NCBI GenBank assembly: GCA_977017575.1
Contig: CDRNVI010000002.1
Span: 186,001-250,000 of the forward strand
Source: Paramoeba atlantica
Taxonomy: Eukaryota > Protista > Discosea
Direction of reading: 5' to 3'
DNA: 64,000 nt
Shown here: positions 20,035 to 31,857 of the stretch, in pieces
Layout: every line of letters starts with the position of its first letter
Position numbering within the stretch: position 1 is the stretch's first letter
Position numbers and translations under genes: made by a program
Notes under the pieces: model-generated
Seen by the model: only the letters and a program-made list of their open reading frames with translations
What the model was told of the DNA's origin: nothing
The model's database searches: none

Positions 20035-22344
20035 CTACGAGGTTTCGAAAACGTTCCGTTCCCCAAAGTCACGACGAGTGTGTAACAATCTCTGAATTTC
20101 TTCAGCGGGTGGATACTGACCGCGGCAATGCCACGGGGTATCCTTGTCGCAAATACGATTTCGTGAATCGGCCACCCACATCTTCGACGTCTGTGAGACA
20201 TTCATCACTTGGTAGATACGGACCAGGCCATGGCGTGAAGTGTGAACATGTTGGAAAAAACGCGGGTCTGGCCCAGCTCCGTTGTCCCCTGCGCTATACA
20301 GTTGATAGAGCAAGGATTTCCTCATAGAGGCAGTAGGTCGCCCATCGGACATTAATCGGAAATTGCTGCAGAAAGGATCCTTCGGACACAGATCTTGGTA
20401 CACGCTGGTACCAATGCGAGCCATCCAAGGCGCTTTAGCTGCGTCATCAGCACCCCCACCAGCCCAAACCAGCACATAATCAGCCAAATGACGGATCAAA
20501 GAATTCTCAGGGGAGGTCAAACAATACCCCAGGAGCGCAATGTGCTCATGATTCCACGTGTTTCCGTCGGCCAAGGTGGTACGGTTGGAGATGCCCGTGA
20601 TTTGGTACCCATAGTCCCACCAAGCCAGAATGCGCGCGTCCTCCGGGGTGTTGTCCCGGAGCCATTCGTAGGAGGCTAGGTAATCACGCAGTATTGTTTC
20701 TGTTTCTCTTCCGTAAGCATCTGCTACTCGCCCCTTGAAGACGATTTGGGGTTCACTGTGAGCTACGGCAACCTTTTCACAGTGGTCGACGAACTCACGT
20801 GCCTTAGGAAAAGCCATAGCGAGCAAAGTGCCGAGCGCTAGCATGCGAAATACCCGGAAAAACGACGTATCAGTGAAACGATGTCGACCAGGACGCCGTA
20901 GTTGGGAATCAAAACTAGAAGTAATTTGCGCCATAAACCAATCCAGCACGTAACCAATTGCAATGCCGCACAGTGCAGAGCATGGAACGCACATTAAAAC
21001 AATAAGTCTCGACATTTTAAGTGCAAAGAAATAGACCACCACGGCGGTTAAAGCGATGAAGCTCGATTGATGAAAGTTGTGAAAGGCGAGCGCCATCAGA
21101 CCCCAGGGTGCGACGTAGTAGCCATAATGTAAATATAGCCAGAACGCATCAACAGTAGCAGGCTGGTGTTCCGCCACAGAATCTACCAAAGGATTGCCCG
21201 TTTTCGTATGCTGAACAAATAGACTTCGCACTCGTGCCGTCAGTGGTGCAAAATACCCCGCCGGGTAAAGAACCACGACCGCGGCCAGAAGCAAAATAAG
21301 AAACACGAACACATAACCCAGCCGTATCCGCATCCCCCTTAGCGACCACAACGAGGCAACCCGAGCACGTCGGCGGTGCCGCTCCGACAAGTGCAGGAGC
21401 TGAAAAAACACAAAAACGAGAAGACCCGAGACCTGTTCAAGGGAGCGAAATGGACTGTACCCCACCGGGGGGACAAAAATCGCTAACGCGGTCCCAATGA
21501 TATAAAACACCGTATAGGAACGATACAGCTGGTCGCGATAGACACCCTGGAGCCAGTCTGTGATACACAACAAGGTGGCATGCAACGCAATCATGTTCGT
21601 AACAAACACATAGCCGCCCCAGGTGGCGACCATGTACCCGTAGCTCACACCAGCCGCCAGGGGATAAAACCAGCACGAGGCCTTGGACTCTTTTCCCGAC
21701 CGTGGTCGAAGAGAGCGAACCCAAAAGTAAAATGTGGCGCACATGGCAGAGATTGCAATGGCCTCGTTGTCAAACCAGCCCCCAATGGAGCGTACGATGT
21801 GTGCGGGAATCATGGCCATGACGAGTGCACCTATGGCCCCGGCCAGGGGTGATCCACTGCACTCCTGCGTGAGCCAGCCAAGAAACAACGTGGAGAGGCA
21901 CCCAAACCAGGCAGGGATGTAGCAACAAACCTCTTTGAGGGTCAACGTAAATGAAGGGCCTAGAAAACCAAGAGCCTTGTAGATTGCGACAGCGGTAAGC
22001 GGGAGTCCAGGGTAGGTAGTGGAGCCTACAGGTCGGCCCAGGGGATACCACGATTGGTAGTCAAACCAGTGGAAGAATCTATCCCACCCGTTGTTAAGCA
22101 GATACTCGGCGGCACGGAAATTAAACCAGGGATCAAATTCATGAATCACCATTCCATATTCCTGTATCGCATGGAGTCGTATTTCAAAGGCTTTTTTGAG
22201 CGCAAAGGTAAAAAGGATGAAAATGAGTGTATAATACAGCACTTTTGTAACGTCGCAGCCGCGTTCCTTTTCAGATTCCGAGTTGCCAACAGGCAATCTT
22301 GACGGTACGGATGATTGCCGTTTCTGCGACGGACTGCCACGCAT
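20035..22344 (-). CDS. STT3: Oligosaccharyltransferase catalytic subunit STT3
   Basis: IHEFDPWFNFR, YPLGRPVGSTTYPGL, GGWFDNE, SVAEHQP, WWDYGYQI and TTLADGNTWNHEHIA. Confidence 0.97.
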   Translation of the reverse strand: MRGSPSQKRQSSVPSRLPVGNSESEKERGCDVTKVLYYTLIFILFTFALKKAFEIRLHAIQEYGMVIHEFDPWFNFRAAEYLLNNGWDRFFHWFDYQSWYPLGRPVGSTTYPGLPLTAVAIYKALGFLGPSFTLTLKEVCCYIPAWFGCLSTLFLGWLTQECSGSPLAGAIGALVMAMIPAHIVRSIGGWFDNEAIAISAMCATFYFWVRSLRPRSGKESKASCWFYPLAAGVSYGYMVATWGGYVFVTNMIALHATLLCITDWLQGVYRDQLYRSYTVFYIIGTALAIFVPPVGYSPFRSLEQVSGLLVFVFFQLLHLSERHRRRARVASLWSLRGMRIRLGYVFVFLILLLAAVVVLYPAGYFAPLTARVRSLFVQHTKTGNPLVDSVAEHQPATVDAFWLYLHYGYYVAPWGLMALAFHNFHQSSFIALTAVVVYFFALKMSRLIVLMCVPCSALCGIAIGYVLDWFMAQITSSFDSQLRRPGRHRFTDTSFFRVFRMLALGTLLAMAFPKAREFVDHCEKVAVAHSEPQIVFKGRVADAYGRETETILRDYLASYEWLRDNTPEDARILAWWDYGYQITGISNRTTLADGNTWNHEHIALLGYCLTSPENSLIRHLADYVLVWAGGGADDAAKAPWMARIGTSVYQDLCPKDPFCSNFRLMSDGRPTASMRKSLLYQLYSAGDNGAGPDPRFFQHVHTSRHGLVRIYQVMNVSQTSKMWVADSRNRICDKDTPWHCRGQYPPAEEIQRLLHTRRDFGERNVFETS

Positions 22345-22598
22345 GTCAAAATCTCAGTAGCAAACCCGGAAAAATGTTTTCTACTTATAAAACACTAGTT
22401 TCGAAGCAGTTAAAATGTCCTATAGCAGCAATAGGAATGGGTAATTTAACCAAGAATGCGTTTAACTATCTGTATGTAAGCAACACTGGCAAAAATAATC
22501 CTAATATTTTACTGACTATAGATAACAGAAAACGCAGAAGGCAAGTGTTTCTCATTCCCATTTCTCGTTTCATCAAGATATCATGCAGAAAAGTAATG

Positions 22599-23024
22599 TT
22601 AGGAATCTCGAAGCGGTGTGGGCATCACATTTTCTTCAAATTCAGGTTCCGAACCAGAGTCTTCTTCACTGTCGGGATACTTTTCCACAAGTTCCTTTAG
22701 TACATCGGAACGAAGTTTTGAACGGACCGCCTCAAGTTCTTCTGGTGAGTAATAATCGGCGATGTCTCTTCGTGAATGCCTTACTAGCGGATTACGGGAA
22801 TCCGGAGGGGGCAAGTCAGAGTCCGCCGCGTTCGAATCTTGCCTTATTACTGGTGTATCGTCTTTCGATTGTGTGCACTCATATGTCCAATGTTCCGAAG
22901 ATCCGCATTTTTGACAAAATGTTTTTCCTTTAATCGCATTTCTAGGCTTTGAGTAACCTTTCGGAGGAATATATTGTGCAGTACCCGCTTTTACACGTGT
23001 TCTCAAAACAGAGCTGTCATACAT
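22599..23024 (-). CDS. Zinc-knuckle protein (ZCCHC10-like)
   Basis: CQKCGSSEHWTYEC CCHC knuckle and an acidic C-terminus. Confidence 0.75.
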   Translation of the reverse strand: MYDSSVLRTRVKAGTAQYIPPKGYSKPRNAIKGKTFCQKCGSSEHWTYECTQSKDDTPVIRQDSNAADSDLPPPDSRNPLVRHSRRDIADYYSPEELEAVRSKLRSDVLKELVEKYPDSEEDSGSEPEFEENVMPTPLRDS

Positions 23025-23213
23025 GGTAGAGAAAAGCTTGATATTGAAATATTTAGCAAAATGTATTTATTAAATAAGCCCACATTTACTTGATAAATCA
23101 AAATCGAATGGTAGGAAGGCCTCACTGTTATCAAATTGTCTGGTACATCTAAATTATATACATACTTACGTTACTTCCATACGTAGATACTGTACATAGA
23201 TTAAAATTACATA

Positions 23214-23992
23214 CAGGGGCGGTTGTTGATCTTGCCCCCTCCTGGGAAATTTTAATTCTTTTATCCGTTTTCGCTTATCTTCGCAGCATTGAAGAGATCT
23301 CGTTCCCCTAGCGAAGCGCTTTGCCGCCTTTTTTTTATAGAGACCCCCTGATGCCCCCTGGGTCGAAAAAACACAGTTTTTTTGGGATTTTTTTTGTGCA
23401 CACAACCATTTTTTCCCCACACTTTCATATTTTTGTGGTTTATTTGAATGTGCATAAGCTTAAATAGACTTCTAATTTCTTTATGCTCAAGCAATATTTC
23501 TGTAGAAACATCAATAGCTGCTTAATAGAAATTTTTAAACCTCAACAACACGAATACAAGACCGACTAACCCTAAAAGTGGTGAATATGTAGAAGGGTGG
23601 AAAGAAAATAGGCAAAAATGTCGCACAGAAGAAAAAAGTATTAAACTCCATTGATTCGGTTCGCGATTCAAAAATTTCAATTCAAAAATTCGGCTTCGAA
23701 ACGTACTGCAAAACAATGGAGAACGTTCTGGATATTGATTCGTTGTGGTCTTCTTCTAGGACAAACTTTTTTTTTGTTGAAGACATTTTTTCTGAATATG
23801 ATTAAGAATCCTAAATTTCCGATTTTTGTCAACTCTCGAGTCGCCGACAGGGCATCAGTGGGTCTCTATGAAAAAGAGGCGGCAAAGCGCTTAGCTCGGG
23901 GAACGAGATCTCTTCAATGCAGCAAAGATGAGCAAAAACGGATAGAAAAATTAAAAATTCCCAGGAGGGGGCAAGATCAACAACCGCCCCTG
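23214..23992. mobile_element. TA-flanked MITE with ~143-bp TIRs, 779 bp
   Basis: TA-CAGGGGCGGTTGTTGATCTTGCCCCCTCCTGGGAA... (23214-23356) is mirrored at 23850-23992 and followed by TA. No coding capacity. Confidence 0.9.
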
Positions 23993-24062
23993 TACATGTA
24001 TAAAAATATTTTATACATATTTTAAACACGTATGAATTGCCTAGTACGTAATTTACCCATTA

Positions 24063-25049
24063 TTATCCACCATACAATGCAGCCCCAAAACCAAACTGGA
24101 GTCCCAATTCAACGGACGCTATTAATATTTCAAAGAAAATCAGGATGATAACAATCCATTCGAGACGTGTAGCATGTCGCTGTTGAAACTGCCAGCTTAT
24201 GGTATCTAATGTGCTCATCGCGGCATCAAGCTTCTCATCTACTTCGTGAATACGAGCAGCAATACTGTATTCGGCATTGAGGTGCTCAAATAACGGCAAG
24301 TATCGGCTATGCTCCCAGAAAAAGTCAGGCTCTCCCACAAGTTCCGACTCGTTTCTTATCATCATACGATATTGAAAAATCTCACCTTTGAGCTGTCGTG
24401 CACGCAAACCGGATATTGATGCCTGACCACGCACCTTCATTTGGTACGGTAGAGGCCTACATTCCTGCAAAAGTCGGTCAACTAGATTTTCGACTACGTC
24501 CATTTTTACATTTTGAGCAAGACTATGACTGAAGGCTTGCTTTAAGGGAGATCTTTGGTTATGCAGTAGAAGACGATCGCGTTGCAAGGCTTCCGTAAAA
24601 GTAGCCGAAGTCCAAAGTTCATCCGCTCTGTAGCTGACAAACTCGCTAATAAGCCACAATGGAAACATTTGTTCCAGGATCCTTTGAGCGTATCGCTGCT
24701 GGACCCATCGATGGTTGTACGTTTTCTGTAAGAAATCCCTGGCAATCGACTCAAAGCTTCGATGAGAGTTTCCCCACCACACCACGGAGCCATAGGCAAA
24801 GACAAACAAGTCAAACTCTGCCTCCACCATTGTCCTATATCCCGACCCGTGATGAAGGGAGCGATTTGTGACATGCAACACCCCATGAGTGATGATACTT
24901 CGGTAGTCTTGTCGTTTGTAATATGACGCAATTGAGGGAAGGTCTAGAGAGTCAGAGACGCAGAGAGCAGCAACTTTTCCCGGCGGAATCGGATCGGTGT
25001 CATATGTACATGATTCTCGACTTAATTCACTCACATGGGGTTGTACCAT
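24063..25049 (-). CDS. RMD1/Sif2/RMND1 (DUF155) family protein
   Basis: 'LFVFAYGSVVWWG', 'AFSHSLAQNVKM', 'PDFFWE', 'RLEWIVIILIFFEI' and a C-terminal TM helix. Confidence 0.88.
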   Translation of the reverse strand: MVQPHVSELSRESCTYDTDPIPPGKVAALCVSDSLDLPSIASYYKRQDYRSIITHGVLHVTNRSLHHGSGYRTMVEAEFDLFVFAYGSVVWWGNSHRSFESIARDFLQKTYNHRWVQQRYAQRILEQMFPLWLISEFVSYRADELWTSATFTEALQRDRLLLHNQRSPLKQAFSHSLAQNVKMDVVENLVDRLLQECRPLPYQMKVRGQASISGLRARQLKGEIFQYRMMIRNESELVGEPDFFWEHSRYLPLFEHLNAEYSIAARIHEVDEKLDAAMSTLDTISWQFQQRHATRLEWIVIILIFFEILIASVELGLQFGFGAALYGG

Positions 25050-25330
25050 TTCGGTCTAAGTGGAGGAAGTCGGATGACGTGCTAGGGTTACATCCATTGA
25101 TTCGGAATAGCAAAAAATATCACTAATCGTTATATGAATATTTTGGTAAGTGGTGTGCGTGATGTAAACTACTGTAAAATTAAAACGATTAATACTTGTA
25201 AGCCTTGTTTTCACAGGTTTCCTACATTTTCAAATGTATTTTTCTTTAATGGGTCATCTCTCTAGCAATGAAGCAATATCTAGATTTCTTTATCTAAAAA
25301 AATAGCATAAATAACTTTAGCAAAAAAGAT

Positions 25331-26758
25331 CTAACGACGCAGAAAGCTGTAAGATCCCAATGCACCCAGAACGGCTCCGAGAACTCCACTTCCGACAACG
25401 GAGAGCACGAAAACCGTATCTCCATGTGGCTTGATGCGCCCCTGCACCGGGAGACAACGCCGATCGCTGGGGTGCACTACTGAGCCCGGGGGACACCCTT
25501 GCAAGGGACATGCAAGCCGAAAATGCGCACATTCGGGGCCTGGAAAAGTGTTCAACTCCGTACAGCGATGTTCCAATAGCCCAGCTGGATCAGCATAACA
25601 AAGTCCGTCGGGGCTCTTAGGAGCCGAAGTTTGTTCGAGCTGTGTGAGCCAGGAGTATACAGTAGGCGGCTCACACAAGGAATCGTGTCCCTCGGTGGAA
25701 AAACACGGAAGGTGAATTTGAAAGGACCTATAGGAGAAGCCGTTCGAAACCCGATGCGGGATCATGCGGTGTACCTGTATTTTCCCTTTTTTTGAAACTT
25801 CTATAGCAACGGCTTCGCCGAACATTGGGGAATTTAATGGGGACTCGTAGTTTCCCGGACGTAGAATTCCCATCGCCCCGTATATAGCTACCAGCGTTAC
25901 ATCATGTGCCGAATACTCATGAAAGTGTTGTCCGCATGACCCCAAGTTATTCTTAGCAATTTTCAGCACATGTGAGAGAAACGAATATCCAAGCGAGCCA
26001 ATTTTCCTGCGGAACTGCCCGTCGCTTGAGGTCGCATCTGGATTAATGCCAATAAGAATGGCGTGATAGTGCAAGTTTCGTCTCAGAAACCGAAGCAACT
26101 TCTCATAATTTCGCCCATACGAAGACGATGCAACGGTTATCTCATCACGTTCCGCCACTTCACAAGCAGCAGCATCGGCAGCGAGTCGAACACACGTTCC
26201 AGGATGTTTGAAACATACGGCTTCACTAATATTCGTCATACGAGCAATGTCTCCCATACTTTCTTTAGAGAACGTCTCCTGTGCTTCGATATCACACTTT
26301 CGATTAATGACAAGAGTCGGATTCCGTAGCCGTACTGCCGGTGGTTTTATGAGAAGCAAATCATCCTGAAAAACGGGGGAGACCTTAACGTCCGGAAAAT
26401 CTTCCGGTGGAAACAAACTCTGCAAAAGTAATGTGGCCGAATTCCGTGTACGATCAAAATCTGTGCTGCGTGCGCTCATGGTAAACGGATCCCAATGTTC
26501 AGAAAGAATTTTCCCGTACCGTTTTCGTAAGAATTTGCCAAGTGCTTTCATCATAGATTTTCCTAGTGGTGTGAGCGATGTGCTCGTATAGATTAGGTCA
26601 CCGTTTTCGGTCATATTTGCTGGAGATCGAACACCGTGCCTATGTAGCACAAAAATTTGCCGAATTGAATCCTCATCGGATTCATCAGTGGAGTTCCACA
26701 GCGGTGGTACGTTAAAGCACAAGGTGCTCCATACGACAAGTAGCAGGACGATCCCCAT
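25331..26758 (-). CDS. Membrane-bound histidine acid phosphatase
   Basis: Signal peptide, RHGVRSP, SAHDVT, Cys-rich stalk and C-terminal TM helix. Confidence 0.9.
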   Translation of the reverse strand: MGIVLLLVVWSTLCFNVPPLWNSTDESDEDSIRQIFVLHRHGVRSPANMTENGDLIYTSTSLTPLGKSMMKALGKFLRKRYGKILSEHWDPFTMSARSTDFDRTRNSATLLLQSLFPPEDFPDVKVSPVFQDDLLLIKPPAVRLRNPTLVINRKCDIEAQETFSKESMGDIARMTNISEAVCFKHPGTCVRLAADAAACEVAERDEITVASSSYGRNYEKLLRFLRRNLHYHAILIGINPDATSSDGQFRRKIGSLGYSFLSHVLKIAKNNLGSCGQHFHEYSAHDVTLVAIYGAMGILRPGNYESPLNSPMFGEAVAIEVSKKGKIQVHRMIPHRVSNGFSYRSFQIHLPCFSTEGHDSLCEPPTVYSWLTQLEQTSAPKSPDGLCYADPAGLLEHRCTELNTFPGPECAHFRLACPLQGCPPGSVVHPSDRRCLPVQGRIKPHGDTVFVLSVVGSGVLGAVLGALGSYSFLRR

Positions 26759-27490
26759 TGCTCATCGATCCAATCACAAAACTCAAATCCCCAAAGCCTG
26801 TTGCTGTGTAATGTGAAGAAAACGTGCTACCTGTACTGTTGATTCTTCTCAATTCGCATTCAGTAACATTTAATTAATAGTTACCGAAACGAACAAGCAC
26901 TAAGTACAGTGTAAAGCACTCTAATAATCATTTATTCGAAAACAAAATGTTACGATTTGTAAGAGCAGATATGGTCAAGAATCAAAATTTAAACACTCTT
27001 TAGTATGTAGGGGAATGTTAACCAAGTTTGGTGAAATGTTTGAAATCTTCTTATTTCGTTGATGTATGGACGTTCTCAGCGCAAGATGCTTCGAGTATCA
27101 AGGATGTTTCAAATAAGCCATGAAAAGTATCATCATAATAAATCGATTCTCTTGATATTAAGAAAAAACTTTTGTCTCAATATTTATCATAAATCGATTT
27201 TATGTGTCAGTGAGTTGACGACAGTTACACCAATCAGGACGGTCTTCCGCCCCAGCTGAAAACTTATACCCGGACCCGGATTTTAATATTGAGTATGCGT
27301 TGCTCTGGTTTGTTACACATTAATTTCCTTTGCTATTGAAATTGCGATCAGCAAAATTACATGTACACTGATTTGACTATGCGTCAATAAATAGCACTGT
27401 CCGCCCACTCATAGTGCCGCGGATTTTGGCCACACGGTACTATAAGTGGGGGGCACTCGAAGTCGTGAAAAAATAATTTCATATTATATA

Positions 27491-28178
27491 CTGTTCCCCC
27501 CCCCGTTTATAATAGCCTCGCTTTTGCCCAAATGAACCTATAAAGGGGGGGGGGGGCGATTAAAGGTTGCCACAGAAAGCGCCCTGCATTTGGGGGCGAG
27601 GAACCAGGAATTATTCAATCGCTCAGTGGGCCCCGGCCCTCTTCCAAAGTAAAATGTCCAGCACGAACACGCGCCATACCTCGAACCATATGAAAAAAAA
27701 TATCAAAATATTTAAGACGGTGCAAGAAAATTAAAAAAAATCTTCCCCAGTTTGCCCAAAAAAAGAACCTATAAACATACCTTTGCGGGTCCCCCGGGTC
27801 CATGCGGGTCTACGCCCGGGTCCATGGACCCACGGACCCGCTCTTCGACAAGTTGCGTAATATTTTTACGAAGATATTTCTAGTACGCTCAATACTACTT
27901 GAGGTTTTAGTCGGGGATAAAGTGTGCAGCTAAAATACGTTGTCCAAAATCTTACATCACTCATCATGCTCACTTCAGGGTTGAATGAAATTTTCTGTTT
28001 CACGCTTACCATAGTTCGGAATGATCATTGACTCTTTCTGTTTCATGTTAGATTACAAAGCGTTTTTTGCAAAGCGGGTCCATGCGGGTCCATGGACCCG
28101 CGAAAGGTATCCCGCCCCTTATTATAAATTATAATAAAAGGGGAGGGGTCGAAGCTATTATAAACAGGGGGGGTAGGG
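27491..28178. mobile_element. TA-flanked MITE, 688 bp
   Basis: TA-CTGTT(C)nGTTTATAATAGCCTCG vs right-end reverse complement TA-CCCTA(C)nTGTTTATAATAGCTTCG. Internal GCGGGTCCATG(GACCC) repeats at 27785-27840 and 28074-28101. Confidence 0.65.
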
Positions 28179-28735
28179 TACTTAAATTTTCGAAACATAC
28201 ATAAAATCCGGAAACTAAGCAAAAATCCGGAAAAATGGCACTAGTGGGGGGATCACGGTAATATGCTCGAAGTAAGAGTCATAACCAGATTCCTTCAGAT
28301 TCCTAATTTCAATATACGTGGGAGCTTCGATCTCGCACAGACTATGTATTGCCTGGGTACAGTGAGCTGGCTACCCTAGTTAGATGTCAAAGTGAGATGA
28401 CGCCCACAACTATGCCATTCTGAAATTCAAAAGGAAAAAGTATGTTTTCTAAGATATTAAAAAATCTTTGAAGGCCTCTAGTACAGCTATGCTCGGCCCC
28501 CCATCGTGTTCCCTCAGAGGGGAATGCCTCCCCGCGCCGGTAGGAGGAAGTATAATACGAGTAATCAGTACATAGACTACTGATTCCTGTTTTTCCCCCA
28601 ATAAAGCAGTTCGCAGATCGATTTCGATGTACTCTACTGTCCAAGAACCCTACTATCCAACTGAAAACTCTACTATCCAAGAAGTTTTTATAACTACCAT
28701 AATTTAGCAGTACTCCATTTAGCAGTACTCCTTTC

Positions 28736-28773
28736 GTCATACTCGAATCGAGTATGACCATCGAGTCGATGGT
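28736..28773. repeat. Two adjoining perfect palindromes with 1-nt centres
   Basis: GTCATACTCGA-A-TCGAGTATGAC (28736-28758) and ACCATCGA-G-TCGATGGT (28757-28773). Confidence 0.85.
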
Positions 28774-28838
28774 GATGCGCGAGCTTATAAGAGCCACGCA
28801 CTGTTTCTTTTTCACTACTGCTACTGAGCATTCAGTAG

Positions 28839-30317
28839 CTATGACACGTGAAAAGATGTTTCAATTTCTTCGAGAGTTCTTCCCTTGGTCTCTGGAACAA
28901 AAAACCAGACGAATGCTATGGCAAGAAGAACGAAAACGTTTATTACCACGAATGTCCAGGACAGCCCACACACACCCAGGAGAACAGGAAAAAGTTGAGA
29001 AACAATTGTGTTAGTTATCCAATTTGCCGTGGTGCTTAAGGCCATCCCCCCGCCCCTGTATTGCTGCGGAAAAATTTCAGATGTCACCACCCATGGAACA
29101 GGCCCCATACCAGGTGCAAAGCTCATTAGGTAAAATAAAAGACAGCCGAGATACACATATGCACGAACCCGAATTGCGAGTGTGGCGATTGGAACCCAAG
29201 ATATGGCTACCATGACTGCAATACTTACAAAACATCCAGTAAGAGATATGAGACAGGTGAATACACGCCCATAATGGTCAATCGTATGCACCCCAACGTA
29301 AGTAAAAAGAGCATTGGTAAAGGCAAGTGGTATGCTTAGTGCCACTGGGGCCACCTCTCCCGAGAAACCGGCATCCCGAAGAATGGTTGCGGAATAGTAC
29401 ATCAGAGTGTTTATTCCGCTCAATTGTTGTAAGGCCTGAATTCCACATCCGATTAACACACGTTTGCGCAGCTCCTTATGAAAAACTAGTTTGCGTAGAA
29501 AGGACGTTGAGCTGTTGGGTTGTATTCCGGATTCATGCGACACTGCGTTGGTATCTACATGGGACGACAATGTATTCCCTTCCTGAGAGACTACGATCGA
29601 CTGATTGTTCGTTAGTACATCGGGTAGCATCTCACTTTGTTTTTTCCTGTGATCCAACCAACGATCTGACTCGGGCAGAAACCATGGAGAGAGGATCAGC
29701 TGTGTAACTGCCGGAACCGCACCTACTGAGAACATGAGCCGCCAACCCATATTCACACTGCCCCATTTCACAAAGAGTAACGCAACTACGCAAGCAATAA
29801 ATTGACCCCCGGTGAGCATCATCACATTTAACGTGACAAGTCGTCCCCGGCGACCCGGTGGGGATATCTCAGAAAGGTAGACAGGGGTGACCACCGAGAC
29901 CAGACCCACCCCGAGGCCTAAAACGAAGCGACCGCAGTATACCACAGGGAGAGCCCAGGCCACGGCGGAGAGAGGGCTACCCAGGAGAAACAGTCCCACA
30001 GCAAGCAAGATGGAACGCCGTCGACCATACCTGTCACTACAGTGCCCCGCAAATACAGACCCGACCAGCGCACCCAGGACACCGATACTCACGATGAACC
30101 CTGTGGTCCAGGAATCGAGGGGGAAACTAAAATGCTGGCTGAGCTGTAGCATGGCCCCGTTGACAATAGCCGTGTGATACCCAAACAGAAGGCCACCCAA
30201 GGATGCGCAAAACACGTTTAAGTTACTGTACGCCATGTGACAAGAATTTGTATTGAATGACAGATCTAGAAAAGGAGAACAGGTAAATGGTTTTAATAAT
30301 TCCCAAAAGATAATCAT
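28839..30317 (-). CDS. MFS sugar porter, myo-inositol/polyol:H+ symporter-like
   Basis: GGLLFGYHTAIV, DRYGRR, PVYLSEISP..RG, QQLSGINTLMYY, GMGPVPWVVTSEIFP and PETKGRTLEEI. The true start is probably the internal Met 'MAYSNL'. Confidence 0.93.
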   Translation of the reverse strand: MIIFWELLKPFTCSPFLDLSFNTNSCHMAYSNLNVFCASLGGLLFGYHTAIVNGAMLQLSQHFSFPLDSWTTGFIVSIGVLGALVGSVFAGHCSDRYGRRRSILLAVGLFLLGSPLSAVAWALPVVYCGRFVLGLGVGLVSVVTPVYLSEISPPGRRGRLVTLNVMMLTGGQFIACVVALLFVKWGSVNMGWRLMFSVGAVPAVTQLILSPWFLPESDRWLDHRKKQSEMLPDVLTNNQSIVVSQEGNTLSSHVDTNAVSHESGIQPNSSTSFLRKLVFHKELRKRVLIGCGIQALQQLSGINTLMYYSATILRDAGFSGEVAPVALSIPLAFTNALFTYVGVHTIDHYGRVFTCLISLTGCFVSIAVMVAISWVPIATLAIRVRAYVYLGCLLFYLMSFAPGMGPVPWVVTSEIFPQQYRGGGMALSTTANWITNTIVSQLFPVLLGVCGLSWTFVVINVFVLLAIAFVWFFVPETKGRTLEEIETSFHVS

Positions 30318-30389
30318 ACGAAGCCTAAAACTATAAGCGGACGGCGTCGTAAAATTTTTATTTTACTTATATTTTTTTCATTCCAACTG

Positions 30390-31703
30390 CTACTCATTCT
30401 TTGATCGCGCACGCTTCCTTTGCGAAGAGATCGAAACCAGATTCTTTCGACGAAACAGACACATGACGCAATTCTTCCGAAACACATCATTTGCCATGTT
30501 GTTATTTTGTAGAATAAATGTGGAGGCAAAAGAATTCAGTTGGGGTCCGTCGACAACCTCCCATCCCCATTGCTCGCGTAACAGCTTTATTTCCGCGGAC
30601 ATCTCTTCCAAAGTCCCGCAGGTGGTGAGCAGATAAGACAGCCTCGGATTCTGTTCCAGTGCCGTTAAGGAATCAGTCCAGTCATAAAGTCCCGTGGTGA
30701 GACCCATGGAAGGGGCAAATGCGAATGTTGGAAATTTCCAGGTTTCCTCCATTTCACTAAGAGTTGTGTGGTATAGACCTCGATAATAGTGAAGAGAACC
30801 ATATACGTGTTGACGGTCAAGTGATTTCGGGACATGCGGTCCTACAAAGACTAAGTGGGTTGGGGATACAAAATCAGAGTAGGGTAGGAGGCTGTACCAC
30901 AGAGAAGGAAATTCACACTCCCCTCGAGCAGCTCCAATAATGTGCACGCAAGCACCTTTTTTTGATTGTAGTGTACTCCAGTACTTCCACAGCGTGAGCG
31001 GGTACGTAAGGTAATCGGTTAGTTGTCGTCCCATCGGAGTTCCATGCACGAAATGAAGGCATTGCCAAATCGAACACTGTACGGGATCCACCACGTGGTC
31101 ATGTATCACCTCTTCCAATGCCACGTCCTCTAATTCTTCAATGGGTCGTACAGGAAGCGTGCAGCGACCCATCTTTCGAATAAAATCCAGAATCTCAGAA
31201 CGAGCCACGGGATTCTCCATGTCTTGATGCACCACCTGCAAGGCCTCGCACACGACATTGTGGAAGCCTCTGTCCGCACACTGACAAGAAGAGGAACAGT
31301 ACACAATGGAATGACAACGTTTGCAGCGAAACCGTTCCTGGGGTTGACCCGCGCATACAGCACAACAGGAAATCCCTAAAGCGATCGAATCCGGCGGCGC
31401 AGTATCAATTCGTGTCATGGCTTTCGAGTGAACCATTGCCCCACAGGCTTGTAGCTTGGGAAACTCGGAAACCAGAACGTTATCTTCTAAGGCAATGTCG
31501 GAGGCAGGGAGAGGAGTCGGCAACGAGGCTCGAGAAGAGTTATGGAGCGGATCCGATTTGGGGTGATAGGATTCTGTGCTCGGGCGTGTTTGCAGTGAAG
31601 GTCGGCGGAAAATGATTTGCGGCATTGGAGGATACGTAACTTCTTTTACATGAAAGTATAAATTTTGAAGAAAGCTAATGTTTTGATAAAAGGTTGCAAA
31701 CAA
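30390..31703 (-). CDS. MYND zinc-finger protein (MSS51-like)
   Basis: CAVC...CKRCHSIVYCSSSCQCAD..FHNVVC MYND finger, then 'HIIGAARGE' and 'HLVFVGPHVP' as in MSS51-like domains. Confidence 0.8.
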   Translation of the reverse strand: MFATFYQNISFLQNLYFHVKEVTYPPMPQIIFRRPSLQTRPSTESYHPKSDPLHNSSRASLPTPLPASDIALEDNVLVSEFPKLQACGAMVHSKAMTRIDTAPPDSIALGISCCAVCAGQPQERFRCKRCHSIVYCSSSCQCADRGFHNVVCEALQVVHQDMENPVARSEILDFIRKMGRCTLPVRPIEELEDVALEEVIHDHVVDPVQCSIWQCLHFVHGTPMGRQLTDYLTYPLTLWKYWSTLQSKKGACVHIIGAARGECEFPSLWYSLLPYSDFVSPTHLVFVGPHVPKSLDRQHVYGSLHYYRGLYHTTLSEMEETWKFPTFAFAPSMGLTTGLYDWTDSLTALEQNPRLSYLLTTCGTLEEMSAEIKLLREQWGWEVVDGPQLNSFASTFILQNNNMANDVFRKNCVMCLFRRKNLVSISSQRKRARSKNE

Positions 31704-31857
31704 GTTATTTATGAAAACTTACACTTAAGAGTTGTACTGATATATGCCTAAAATTGGTCACCAAACGTGAAATCGTCAAATAGTATTACCGGCCATCCAC
31801 AGTTGGTTCTTGTTAGTGAAAAACAAGGTCAAAGTTGACGGCATAGAATGCGATCTC

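Noticed and set aside
28387-28815. 142-aa minus-strand ORF
   Set aside because: It is built from short tandem duplications and palindromes and has no protein-like motif.
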